Source of the DNA: a virus
Virus record (IMG/VR): IMGVR_UViG_3300042894_003945
Coordinates: 64,001 to 128,000 of that record
Direction: 5' to 3' (one strand)
Length of the DNA stretch: 64,000 nucleotides
Shown here: piece after piece, positions 11,301 through 18,372 of the stretch
How positions within the stretch are numbered: the first letter of the stretch is position 1
Layout: each line of letters opens with the position of its first letter
The notes under the pieces: generated by a model
The model's input: only the letters and a program-made list of their open reading frames with translations
What the model was told of the DNA's origin: nothing
Databases searched by the model: none
Program-made: the position numbers and the translations under genes

Positions 11301-13966
11301 CCAGACGTTCCTGTACTTCCACTAGAACCTGAAGTACCTGTTGAACCAGAGCTTCCCGATGTTCCTGTTGAACCACTAGACCCAGAACTGCCTGAAGAAC
11401 CGCTGGTTCCGCTAGTTCCTGAAGTACTTCCTACAGCTACTCCAACTTGTTTAGCATTTATTATAAGTGACGGTGCTAAAGGAATTAGAGGGCTAGTTTG
11501 GGCCCCAAGGGTAGTAACTTGTACATGATCACTTGGTGCAGAAAATACAAATTCTACATACTCATTAGCAACGCTAGAGGTTACTATATAGGACACGTAA
11601 GGAAGCTGGTAAGAGCTATTGGCTACTAATGATATGGTAGAGTTGCTACCAGACACATTAATTCCATTTTGTCTCATCCATATGCTAACATCTACTTGAG
11701 AACCTCCCTGAGTTTTTTGTATTTGCCCAGAATAAGCTACTTCGTATATTCCTGGATAAGCAAATGTAATTCTTGAGCCTCCTTGTACAGTAATACCATA
11801 AGAATATACTGTATTATTGTATGTCCATACTGTAGGAGTGTTAGATGCGCTAACATTCTGAGTAGTAGTATCTATAAAACTTCCTACCCAGTTTGCTATA
11901 CCGGCCCCACTAGATCCAGGAGCTCCATTTATTCCAGAGGTACCTGATGATCCACTTGAACCAGATGACCCTGAACTGCCACTAGTACCAGAAGTACCTG
12001 TTGAGCCAGAAGAGCCGCTTGAGCCTGAAGATCCTGATGAACCTGTGCTACCGCTAGATCCACTTGTGCCTGTAGATCCAGAACTACCGCTTGTACCTGT
12101 ACTGCCACTTGATCCACTTGTACCAGTTGATCCTGATGAACCAGTAGAACCACTAGATCCAGTTGAACCAGAGCTACCAGAGGTGCCTGTGGAACCGCTA
12201 GTCCCAGATGTACCTGAAGATCCAGAGCTGCCAGAAGATCCTGATGTGCCACTTGACCCTGTAGATCCACTGCTACCTGAAGAACCTGTTGAACCAGACG
12301 TACCAGTACTACCAGATGTGCCAGTAGACCCTGATGAACCACTAGATCCAGTTGAGCCACTAGATCCGCTTGTACCTGTGCTACCACTAGATCCACTTGT
12401 TCCAGTACTACCAGAGGAGCCAGAGCTACCGGAACTTCCGCTTGATCCTGAAGAACCTGTTGAACCGCTAGACCCTGTTGATCCTGATGATCCACTTGAA
12501 CCAGATGAACCAGAGCTACCAGATGTACCACTAGTTCCAGAGGTAGCAGTTGTAAATGAAGTACCGTTTATTATTAAAGATCCAGATATATTTACACTAC
12601 CTGTAAACTCGTGAGTATTCTCTACAACCGTACCAAAATGTGTTGATCCAGTTACAAACTCTACACTAGAAGTAATAGTCTGTACTACTATTGTTTGAGC
12701 AGTCAAAGTTCCTCTAACTATAAAGTTATCGGCAGATGATGCTGTTAATGCTAAAGATGCAGTTTGTATACTATCAAACCCATAAGGACCATACACATTT
12801 GACGAACTTACAAAAGAAGCAGTAGCTACTACGGAAGGAACTAATGCTGAAGAAGCTGTGTAATATAGCTGTCCTGTTGAACTGTCAACTAATACTACAT
12901 TATTCTGTGGAGATTGTGTCAGTCCTGGGAAAAAGACAGAAGTTGACGATCTTAAACTTCCAGAAATAGTTGCAGATCCTGATACATTTAACAGGCCAGA
13001 CAAATAATTTGATACTCCGTAGTAATTTTTAACTTTAGCAGTTGGATCTCCAATATTATATAATGCATCTCCTATAGGTAAAAAATGTCCAGTTCCTAAA
13101 GCATTATATGTGCCCGAAATTAACCATCTATTAGCACTGCTTGTACCAAGATGTATCTGCCCTCCTGGGCCAAATGCACTTAAAGTCAAATCTCTACTGC
13201 CACCACCATCGCCTGATGCTTGTATAACAGTTGAGTAAGGGCTTCCTCCAGCAAAAACTGATAATTTTTGATATCCAGCGTCCCCCGGATTATTTACAAC
13301 AAATATATCTATGTTTCCATTTCCGCTTGCAGGGTTTTTTAAATTTTGAACATGTAGAGTTGTTAACCTTGATGAGCCAGTTGCATCTATAGTGTAATTT
13401 GAACTAGAGCCTGATATTACAAGGCTGCCTGTTATTTTAAATATACCACTTGATGTATCGTAAAAAAGATTTGCGGAAGCTATAGCTCTATTAGTACTTC
13501 CATCCGATAATAAAACTCTCCCTTGTAGTGGGTTTATTACTGTTTCAAATCCTGTGCCTGATGTACCACTAGTTCCAGAAGAACCTGCTGTGCCTGATGT
13601 ACCGCTAGATCCGTTAGCTCCAGAAGATCCTACGCCTCCTGATAAAGTGTATTGAAATTGTCCTGTTGTCGGATTTACTACGACAAAATAGGAAGCACTT
13701 GAAGTAAGAGGGAGGTAGTTATTATAAATAGCCCCTGATACGTTTAGAGATCCTGTAATAGTTTGATCTCCCCTAAAAATATTAGATCCAGTAGTAGCTA
13801 AAGATGCAGATTTAGAAGAAAATATAGGATCATTTTCTGGGAAAGAACCTGAAAACGAACCAGTAAAAGATCCTGAAATAGACCCTGCAATTATAGTATC
13901 GTATACCGTTATTGTATTAAATGTAGCATTCGAACCTTCCCTAGGTATCTGGATCCATGTCGCCAT
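5369..13966 (-). CDS. Giant tail fibre/adhesin with Gly-Ser/Thr triplet tracts and C-terminal S74 intramolecular chaperone
   Basis: C-terminus YYSDKRLK...LGLIAQEIQKEFPEAI...VKYERLIPVLIEAIKEL (peptidase S74). Repeated GNVGIGTTSP...L(H/D)V fibre motifs and long (G-S/T-S/T)n tracts. Confidence 0.85.
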   Translation of the reverse strand: MATWIQIPREGSNATFNTITVYDTIIAGSISGSFTGSFSGSFPENDPIFSSKSASLATTGSNIFRGDQTITGSLNVSGAIYNNYLPLTSSASYFVVVNPTTGQFQYTLSGGVGSSGANGSSGTSGTAGSSGTSGTSGTGFETVINPLQGRVLLSDGSTNRAIASANLFYDTSSGIFKITGSLVISGSSSNYTIDATGSSRLTTLHVQNLKNPASGNGNIDIFVVNNPGDAGYQKLSVFAGGSPYSTVIQASGDGGGSRDLTLSAFGPGGQIHLGTSSANRWLISGTYNALGTGHFLPIGDALYNIGDPTAKVKNYYGVSNYLSGLLNVSGSATISGSLRSSTSVFFPGLTQSPQNNVVLVDSSTGQLYYTASSALVPSVVATASFVSSSNVYGPYGFDSIQTASLALTASSADNFIVRGTLTAQTIVVQTITSSVEFVTGSTHFGTVVENTHEFTGSVNISGSLIINGTSFTTATSGTSGTSGSSGSSGSSGSSGSTGSSGSTGSSGSSGSSGSSGSSGSTGTSGSSGSTGTSGSSGSTGSSGSSGSTGTSGSTGTSGSTGSSGSSGSTGSSGTSGSSGSSGSSGTSGTSGSTGTSGSSGSTGSSGSTGSSGSTGTSGSSGSTGTSGSSGSTGTSGSSGSTGSSGSSGSSGSSGSTGTSGTSGSSGSSGSSGSSGTSGINGAPGSSGAGIANWVGSFIDTTTQNVSASNTPTVWTYNNTVYSYGITVQGGSRITFAYPGIYEVAYSGQIQKTQGGSQVDVSIWMRQNGINVSGSNSTISLVANSSYQLPYVSYIVTSSVANEYVEFVFSAPSDHVQVTTLGAQTSPLIPLAPSLIINAKQVGVAVGSTSGTSGTSGSSGSSGSSGSTGTSGSSGSTGTSGSSGSTGTSGSSGSTGTAGSSGSTGTSGSSGSTGSSGSAGTSGSSGSSGSTGTSGSSGSTGTSGTSGSAGTSGSSGSSGTSGTSGSSGSTGTSGSTGTSGSSGSGGTSGSSGSSGTSGSSGSSGSTGTSGSSGSTGTSGSSGSTGSSGSSGSTGTSGSSGSTGTSGSSGSSGSSGTSGTGFNTITNPADNRILTSLGTTNTANAEANLTFDGSTLNLTGNLTATGDITARTLVVQTVSSSVVYSSGSNIFGDSILDTHTFTGSVRITGSLSLRNIPISASANLFLVVDQAGNVFYRANGADGSSGTSGSSGSSGSSGSTGTSGSSGSTGTSGSSGSTGTSGSSGSTGSSGSSGSTGSSGSSGSTGSSGSTGSSGSTGTSGSSGSSGANGSSGSSGSSGSTGTSGSSGTSGSSGSSGSRGSSGSSGSTGSSGSSGSTGTSGSTGTSGSSGSSGSTGTSGSTGTSGSTGSSGTSGSSGTSGSSGSSGTSGSTGTSGSSGSSGSSGSTGTSGSSGSSGTSGSSGTSGANGTSGSSGSSGTSGSSGSSGSRGSSGSSGSTGTSGSTGTSGSSGSSGSTGSSGSTGTSGSTGTSGSSGSSGSTGTSGSTGTSGSSGSTGTSGSSGSTGTSGSSGSTGTSGSSGSTGTSGSSGSTGTSGSSGSTGTSGSSGSTGTSGSSGTSGSSGTSGTGFNTITNPVDNRILTSLGTTNTANAEANLTFDGSTLSLNGGLIATGNITANTLVVQTVSSSIIYSSGSNIFGDSAADIHQFTGSVAIRGTGSNVFAVDGISGRLFQIDDSLSGSLFSVNTAAGLPIIEAFSDNTVRIGQFGQRVLYVSQSRIGIGKETGINSLLDISGSVSVTGSLSVGLTSNALLNYVVVDTGSGQFFFRSSTTNTSGTSGTSGSSGSSGSTGTSGSTGTSGSTGTSGSTGTSGSTGTSGSAGSSGSTGTSGSTGTSGSSGSTGSSGSTGTSGSTGTSGSSGSAGSSGSTGTSGSTGTSGSTGSSGSTGTSGSSGSTGTSGSSGSTGTSGSSGSTGTSGSSGSTGSSGSSGSTGTSGSTGSSGSTGTSGSSGSTGSSGSSGSRGSSGSSGSTGSSGSSGTSGSSGTSGSSGTSGAGTISGGTTNYVSKFTNATTLGISQIFDNGTNVGIGTTSPGNPLHVEKDAGGNAIAFFNSLNADGYGVAIRTTDTGNDKYVLRLDSNSGTTPVMFATNAGNVGIGYTTPTYKLDVAGTVATDYTIVDSTAPFRIVKPRGGYYNTATSVVTGAIKITYPVGYTNTMHTVKARVYDYNSNTSFTVHFGGYNYAPSPSWVNTFAYIEGDAGVDRNYTVRFGYDGTNMVVYIGELASTWSYPQVFIDEVGIGYSGLSTTWANGTWAVGFEASAFANVTATISNTNAHNFARNGADAYYILGNVGIGTTSTLGKLDVAGTTGVVLNVRTDGESFATGIRIQANNANNGYLYMTFISGSQYASLQAGDSAAYRNISLNPVAANVGIRNVNPTTAKLVIGGTAGEEGIDLATADQYANFRVLRNSLSGIDKDMYIGYQSGVGSKLHLYSNNSETVTVSGDLVGIGNTSPTFKLDITGAGSVIRAQSSLSYTDLALSNTSTTSYIQANGNNLYFFAAGGSNSDIVLALDGTNNRAGINTLSPSYALDVAGAIGMHDEAQDIDSRYYGGTFLRGWSIFTQGSESSITYTTDTTSPVGTEVISVSSYVWTRGPKIRLDKTQNYEVEFWLKRQTAVSAATTYMVVSNYDSSGNVISGDGTDWHYPFSVDQSTLTVGTWYKYKFVVGPYGGSKDHSPSGRYISVGFIANYTTGTDVLYMTGFKCRPIPSYNNDPITIYNNGNVGIKTTNPSYPLHVTGKIYNTGDIQSLGTGYFGGDVIAYYSDKRLKTNVRPIESALEKISRLGGYYYEPNELALQLKAATDAKQKLGLIAQEIQKEFPEAIERAPFDMDDNGGSKSGEDYLTVKYERLIPVLIEAIKELHELIKNKK
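8000..8660 (-). repeat. Gly-Ser/Thr triplet coding repeat tract
   Basis: Degenerate 9-bp-period repeats encoding GSS/GTS/GST. Confidence 0.9.
9280..10435 (-). repeat. Gly-Ser/Thr triplet coding repeat tract (longest)
   Basis: Degenerate 9-bp-period repeats encoding GSS/GTS/GST. Confidence 0.9.
10795..11430 (-). repeat. Gly-Ser/Thr triplet coding repeat tract
   Basis: Degenerate 9-bp-period repeats encoding GSS/GTS/GST. Confidence 0.9.
11920..12545 (-). repeat. Gly-Ser/Thr triplet coding repeat tract
   Basis: Degenerate 9-bp-period repeats encoding GSS/GTS/GST. Confidence 0.9.
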
Positions 13967-14002
13967 CTAAGCTTTTGATTTTTATTATAAACTACCGTTA
14001 AA

Positions 14003-14011
14003 TATAAATAT
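14003..14011 (-). promoter_or_regulatory. ATATTTATA motif, candidate phage late promoter
   Basis: Intergenic, about 36 nt upstream of the fibre ATG; the same motif recurs before many structural genes. Confidence 0.55.
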
Positions 14012-14020
14012 CAACAAGCC

Positions 14021-14272
14021 TTAAAAAGACTCATCTCCCAGATCTACTGTTGCATTACTTCCTGTGTCTGCGAAAGTTCCTAGACCCTGTATAAATACAG
14101 ATCCGCTGTATCCTGCTGTAGACGCAACCACATGTTGAGAGCCGCTTACTACTATGGCAGGTATAGAAGAGGTCTGGACAAATGTTGTTTGTCCAAAAAC
14201 TGTCAATGATCCTGTCAATACAAAATTTCCTGATAGTTCTTTACTTATTTGCTTAGATCTAATTAATGCCAT
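14021..14272 (-). CDS. Small virion-associated hypothetical protein
   Basis: Starts MALIRSKQIS and carries TGS/SGS motifs like the fibre N-terminus. Confidence 0.55.
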   Translation of the reverse strand: MALIRSKQISKELSGNFVLTGSLTVFGQTTFVQTSSIPAIVVSGSQHVVASTAGYSGSVFIQGLGTFADTGSNATVDLGDESF

Positions 14273-14273
14273 T

Positions 14274-15527
14274 TTATACAAATTTACCTACAGCTATTAT
14301 CTCATCTTGAGTATCTAAAACATACCCTAAAGTACCTGTATCTATAGTCAAAACGGTATTAAGTCCTGACTCTACAAAAGAAATTATATGAGTTGAATCA
14401 ACATATACTCCATTTACAAAAAACTTAAAATCAGAAACAGATGTAGCCGGTAAACCTGATCCTATTGGAGGCTGTTTAAAGGCTGTGTTTAAGAATGTAG
14501 CTGTGCTAGTTGTTGTAGAAGCTGCATCTGCTTTCTTTGTTTCTGATGTATTTAAATACAATAATATATCGGTAGTTGTTGTTGTGTTTGTTATATTAGT
14601 CACGTTTACTCCTTCAGGTATATAAGATGTCAATGCTTTCTTAGGCTTATTAGGCGCTTTAAACGTAACATTTTCTACATCTTGACTAGATGCTTCCATA
14701 GTGAATAAAACTTGCGCTTTAGACCTATATTTAAGCGCATTTGCAGCCAAGTGCTTTCCAATATTACTAGGAGTTAAGTATCCATTCATTGTTAGAGTGA
14801 ACGTACTTACAAATCTTCTGTCAGACCCATCTGTAATTTCGTTAGTTATAGGAAAACTATCTACTCTAGCTTTAAAAAGAAATTTACCAGGCTCTCCCCA
14901 ATAAGAATCAGCTCTAAAACTTATATCTTCAATTACTTTATTTATATCTTCGTAAAAAGAAGTGTAGATAGTACACGTGTAGGTCAAGGTATAGTAGTCA
15001 GGAACCACTACATTATAAAATTCTTTTACAGGAACTCTATTTGTAAGCACTGCAAAGTTATCATATTGGTTTTTTGTGGTATATTTTTTTTCATAAGTTT
15101 GAAATATATTTACAGTATTTCCGTCTAACTTATGACTTAAGTTTCTATTTCTCTCTAAATTATCTCTTCTTATAGTAATAATAGGCAGCATTATTCTACC
15201 TTCCTTATCTCTATAAACCCCATCTTTTTGTGCTGTTTTCCATCTTTCGGCATCAGCAAATATTACAGGGATGTTTTGTTTTGTCCCTTCATTTATAACA
15301 TACGGTCTAATAACTTCCTGATAATAATACAATATAGCACTATCTATGTCTTCTAAACCTACAGATACATCTTTAAATTCTTCTCCCCTCATTGACACAT
15401 CTTCCCCTCTTTTATACTCATGTATAGGAGGTTTTTGGACGTTGTCGTAGTTGGGAGTTATTAGACTGTTTAAAATCTCTGCCTCAGTCTTAGGTACATT
15501 TTTTATGACTCTTTTTTGTAAAGGCAT
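14274..15527 (-). CDS. Tail completion/terminator protein (T4 gp15-like)
   Basis: IPVIFADAERW...ILPIITIRR...VPDYYTLTY pattern; follows gp13/gp14-like genes. Confidence 0.55.
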   Translation of the reverse strand: MPLQKRVIKNVPKTEAEILNSLITPNYDNVQKPPIHEYKRGEDVSMRGEEFKDVSVGLEDIDSAILYYYQEVIRPYVINEGTKQNIPVIFADAERWKTAQKDGVYRDKEGRIMLPIITIRRDNLERNRNLSHKLDGNTVNIFQTYEKKYTTKNQYDNFAVLTNRVPVKEFYNVVVPDYYTLTYTCTIYTSFYEDINKVIEDISFRADSYWGEPGKFLFKARVDSFPITNEITDGSDRRFVSTFTLTMNGYLTPSNIGKHLAANALKYRSKAQVLFTMEASSQDVENVTFKAPNKPKKALTSYIPEGVNVTNITNTTTTTDILLYLNTSETKKADAASTTTSTATFLNTAFKQPPIGSGLPATSVSDFKFFVNGVYVDSTHIISFVESGLNTVLTIDTGTLGYVLDTQDEIIAVGKFV

Positions 15528-15528
15528 A

Positions 15529-16017
15529 TTATGTAGATTTTATAATATTTAACTTATTTACACCAGTAAGATGCGTCTTACATTTTATAGACCAAGACTC
15601 ACCATACTTTTCTAAATCAGATTCAAGAGAGTATTCAGGATTTTTACCCATTACAAATTGATTTTCTATTACTAGATCAACTTCATAATAAGCCTCTTTC
15701 AAATATATTATATCCCCTACTTCCATAATTAAATTTATATCTATAAGATCCTCTCTCAAAAATCTAAATTCTGCCATTTGTCCTATTGACTTTCCGAAAG
15801 ATTGGTCCTCTGATACCTGATCATCTATTGCGTAAAAACAAGCTATTAATATAGGCTGATCATACATTTTATTTTTAGACTCTCCGTATATGTTGTATTT
15901 AGTTTCTGATAAAGACAGTTTATAATACAGTATTTCCTCAGCGACTATTCTATTTACTACTTGTCTGCTGTGGTGTCTAAAAAATGATCTTGCTCTCGGT
16001 CCTCCGTAAAGTGCCAT
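15529..16017 (-). CDS. Head-tail joining/neck protein (T4 gp14-like)
   Basis: NIYGES...EVGDIIY...YYEV motifs of head-closure proteins; neck-cluster position. Confidence 0.55.
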   Translation of the reverse strand: MALYGGPRARSFFRHHSRQVVNRIVAEEILYYKLSLSETKYNIYGESKNKMYDQPILIACFYAIDDQVSEDQSFGKSIGQMAEFRFLREDLIDINLIMEVGDIIYLKEAYYEVDLVIENQFVMGKNPEYSLESDLEKYGESWSIKCKTHLTGVNKLNIIKST

Positions 16018-16412
16018 TAATCAGTTTTTACAAGGGTGTCTAATTTGGGAGATGCCGCAACTATGCCTGGAATATTATTTAGACCTTTTTCTTTATCAGA
16101 CCTTACCATAGCATGCTTTATAAAATTTACATGCTTTCTAGGATCTTTATTAGTTATAAATTTAACTTCTACAGTACTGTATTCGTAGTCCTTTAGAGTT
16201 CTGTTTATTTTATCCAGTCTTTCGTCTCCTCTCAAATCTACAATAGTTACTGTAGGAATGCCTCTAACTCTTTCAACCGCCTGTACTCTATTTATTTTTC
16301 TTTTAAATTTTACAAGAAAAACACAAGAGTAGCTATGAAATATTTTTTTTATAGACTCTTTTCTCTTAAATCTATAGTCACGATCTTCTAATATGATATC
16401 AATTAGTTTCAC
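16017..16412 (-). CDS. Hypothetical protein with MKLIDIILE N-terminal motif (candidate internal head protein)
   Basis: Coupled ORF whose N-terminus is shared with several other ORFs in the window. Confidence 0.55.
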   Translation of the reverse strand: MKLIDIILEDRDYRFKRKESIKKIFHSYSCVFLVKFKRKINRVQAVERVRGIPTVTIVDLRGDERLDKINRTLKDYEYSTVEVKFITNKDPRKHVNFIKHAMVRSDKEKGLNNIPGIVAASPKLDTLVKTD

Positions 16413-17578
16413 TATGCTATTATTATTGGCATTGGGAAATTTATAAAAGTCTCTCTCATCGTACTAGCTTCTTGAGATTTTTTCTCAAGTTGTTTTTGAC
16501 GAGATGTGTCATCTAGTGTCCCTCTTAATTGTTCTACCAAAGCAGTTTTTTCTGCGTTTGCTTGATCAATTAATGTTTGTCCATTAATAGTAACTTCTGC
16601 TCCTGGAACAGGTATCTGGCTGTATACGCCTCGTATATTACCTAATGTTTCTTTTGTTACAGCTAGAGCATAATCAAATATCCATTTTTTAAATATGTCG
16701 TTTATTTGATTATAATTAATGTTATTATAAGGAACGTTACTTACGTTTGTTATCAATCCATTAGAAGGGTTTCTGTATACAGCACTCCTTTCTGATTTTT
16801 TAATGTATGTAAAAAACAATCTTTTATCAAAAGTAGGTATTGGGAATATTTTAAGCCTGTTATTTATAAGCTCAAAACTATAACCAGACTTTCTTATCTG
16901 ATCATTAAACTCAATTGCTTGTATCTTTAAAACATCAAAGTATACAGGCATCAACATAAAGTTAATTCCAGGAGAAAATTGTCCAAATCCAAATGTCTCC
17001 ATTAATGATTGAAGTCCTGTACCAGTTCCAGCATATGGATCAAAGTATCTTACTATCGCTGGAGGTGCTTCATAGAATATTCTTTTAATTTCTATGCTAT
17101 CTCCAGGAGCTAATGATGCAGAAGCGCTAGCCCATGCGTTTAGATCGTAATGTTGTTTACCAGATATTAGGTCTATAGACCCAGAGTAGTAGTTTATATT
17201 ACCTCCACTAGCAACTTCGCTACCATAATCAGCAGCTATTCTAAACATGTTATCAAAATTCGGTTGAATTAGAGTCGTGTTTAGTGCGCTACCTGTTGTA
17301 TTTCCTTCTAGAGATAGGTAGTTCTCCCTTATTTTATACTCATATAGCTCCTTTCCATAAACAGCTACAGCATCTTCTAAAGAAGCATAGAAATTGATGT
17401 CTTGAAGTTCAATTTCCATAATTGGATAGCCTAATCTTCTAGCAGCAAACTTTACAAATTTTTGACCATCTACCTGAAATTCAGAATCGTTGTCAAAAAA
17501 TCCAAAAGGTGTGTTTCCTGATACCGGAAGTAATGCTACATTAGCATCATAATATTGTATTTCTACTTGGCCAGCCAT
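16412..17578 (-). CDS. Neck protein (T4 gp13-like)
   Basis: RRLGYPIMEIEL near the N-terminus and WIFDYALAVTKETLGNIRG...PGAEVTING near the C-terminus are gp13-like motifs. Confidence 0.7.
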   Translation of the reverse strand: MAGQVEIQYYDANVALLPVSGNTPFGFFDNDSEFQVDGQKFVKFAARRLGYPIMEIELQDINFYASLEDAVAVYGKELYEYKIRENYLSLEGNTTGSALNTTLIQPNFDNMFRIAADYGSEVASGGNINYYSGSIDLISGKQHYDLNAWASASASLAPGDSIEIKRIFYEAPPAIVRYFDPYAGTGTGLQSLMETFGFGQFSPGINFMLMPVYFDVLKIQAIEFNDQIRKSGYSFELINNRLKIFPIPTFDKRLFFTYIKKSERSAVYRNPSNGLITNVSNVPYNNINYNQINDIFKKWIFDYALAVTKETLGNIRGVYSQIPVPGAEVTINGQTLIDQANAEKTALVEQLRGTLDDTSRQKQLEKKSQEASTMRETFINFPMPIIIA

Positions 17579-17588
17579 TATAATTCTT

Positions 17589-17603
17589 TATAAATATAAA
17601 TAT
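17589..17603 (-). promoter_or_regulatory. Tandem ATATTTATA motifs, candidate late promoter
   Basis: Two overlapping copies just upstream of the neck gene ATG (17578). Confidence 0.55.
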
Positions 17604-17605
17604 TA

Positions 17606-18295
17606 CTAACTCCTGTATTGTTCAAATACAGAAAGCATAGGATCAACTATAGGATGTCTATGATTAGTTTGTAAGGTTATAATACTAAATCCCGGTATGT
17701 CTTTCATATGTTTACAAACAAAATCAAACCCTGAATCTTTTTTATTTCTTAAATCTATCTGGGCTGAGTCTCCACATATGATTATTTTAGAACCTAAACA
17801 CAGTCTTCCCATTATTAATTCTAACTGATTTTCAGAACAGTTTTGTGCTTCGTCTATTATAACTATGCAGTTAGTAAAATTAAATCCTCTTAAAAATCCT
17901 ACCGGGATTATTTCTATGAGTCCTTCTGTAACTATCTTTTCTATTTTTTCTTTACCGCATAATCTAAACATGTTGTCGTAAACAGGTGCAGTAAAGGGCG
18001 CCATTTTTTCTTCTTTGGTACCAGGTAGAAATCCTATCTGTTCTCCCGCTGTTATGGCTGGTCTTGCTATTATAATCTTCTCTACATCTTTTTTAAACAG
18101 CATATCTAAGGCTACTTGTGCAGCTAATAACGACTTACCGCTACCTGCTTTACCTCTTATTACTGCTATATCACTGTTTATTATTTTATCTTTGGCATTC
18201 TTTTGTTCCTCGTTTAAAGATATATTAAACTTTATAGGATTCTTTGGAACTCTCTTTGACTTAAAAACCTGATCGCTGTGATGATTAGATGACAT
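17606..18295 (-). CDS. phoH: PhoH-family ATPase
   Basis: Walker A GKAGSGKS, IGFLPGTKEEKM, LRGFNF, IIDEAQN, GDSAQIDL and HRHPIV. Confidence 0.92.
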   Translation of the reverse strand: MSSNHHSDQVFKSKRVPKNPIKFNISLNEEQKNAKDKIINSDIAVIRGKAGSGKSLLAAQVALDMLFKKDVEKIIIARPAITAGEQIGFLPGTKEEKMAPFTAPVYDNMFRLCGKEKIEKIVTEGLIEIIPVGFLRGFNFTNCIVIIDEAQNCSENQLELIMGRLCLGSKIIICGDSAQIDLRNKKDSGFDFVCKHMKDIPGFSIITLQTNHRHPIVDPMLSVFEQYRS

Positions 18296-18306
18296 AAACG
18301 CTTTTA

Positions 18307-18315
18307 TATAAATAT
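18307..18315 (-). promoter_or_regulatory. ATATTTATA motif, candidate late promoter
   Basis: Lies between the capsid terminator and the phoH ATG. Confidence 0.55.
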
Positions 18316-18324
18316 TTTAAAGTA

Positions 18325-18353
18325 AATAAAAAAGCCGGGACGAACCCGGCTTT
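18325..18353 (-). terminator. Rho-independent terminator after major capsid gene
   Basis: Minus strand AAAGCCGGG-TTCGT-CCCGGCTTT followed by a T tract, about 20 nt after the capsid stop. Confidence 0.85.
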
Positions 18354-18372
18354 CTTAATATTTAGATTCTCA

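Noticed and set aside
7990-12614. Long plus-strand Pro/Glu/Asp/Val-rich ORFs and alternate-frame minus-strand Val/Gln/Leu-rich ORFs
   Set aside because: These are shadow frames of the Gly-Ser/Thr repeats, which lack stop codons in other frames; there are no independent start signals.
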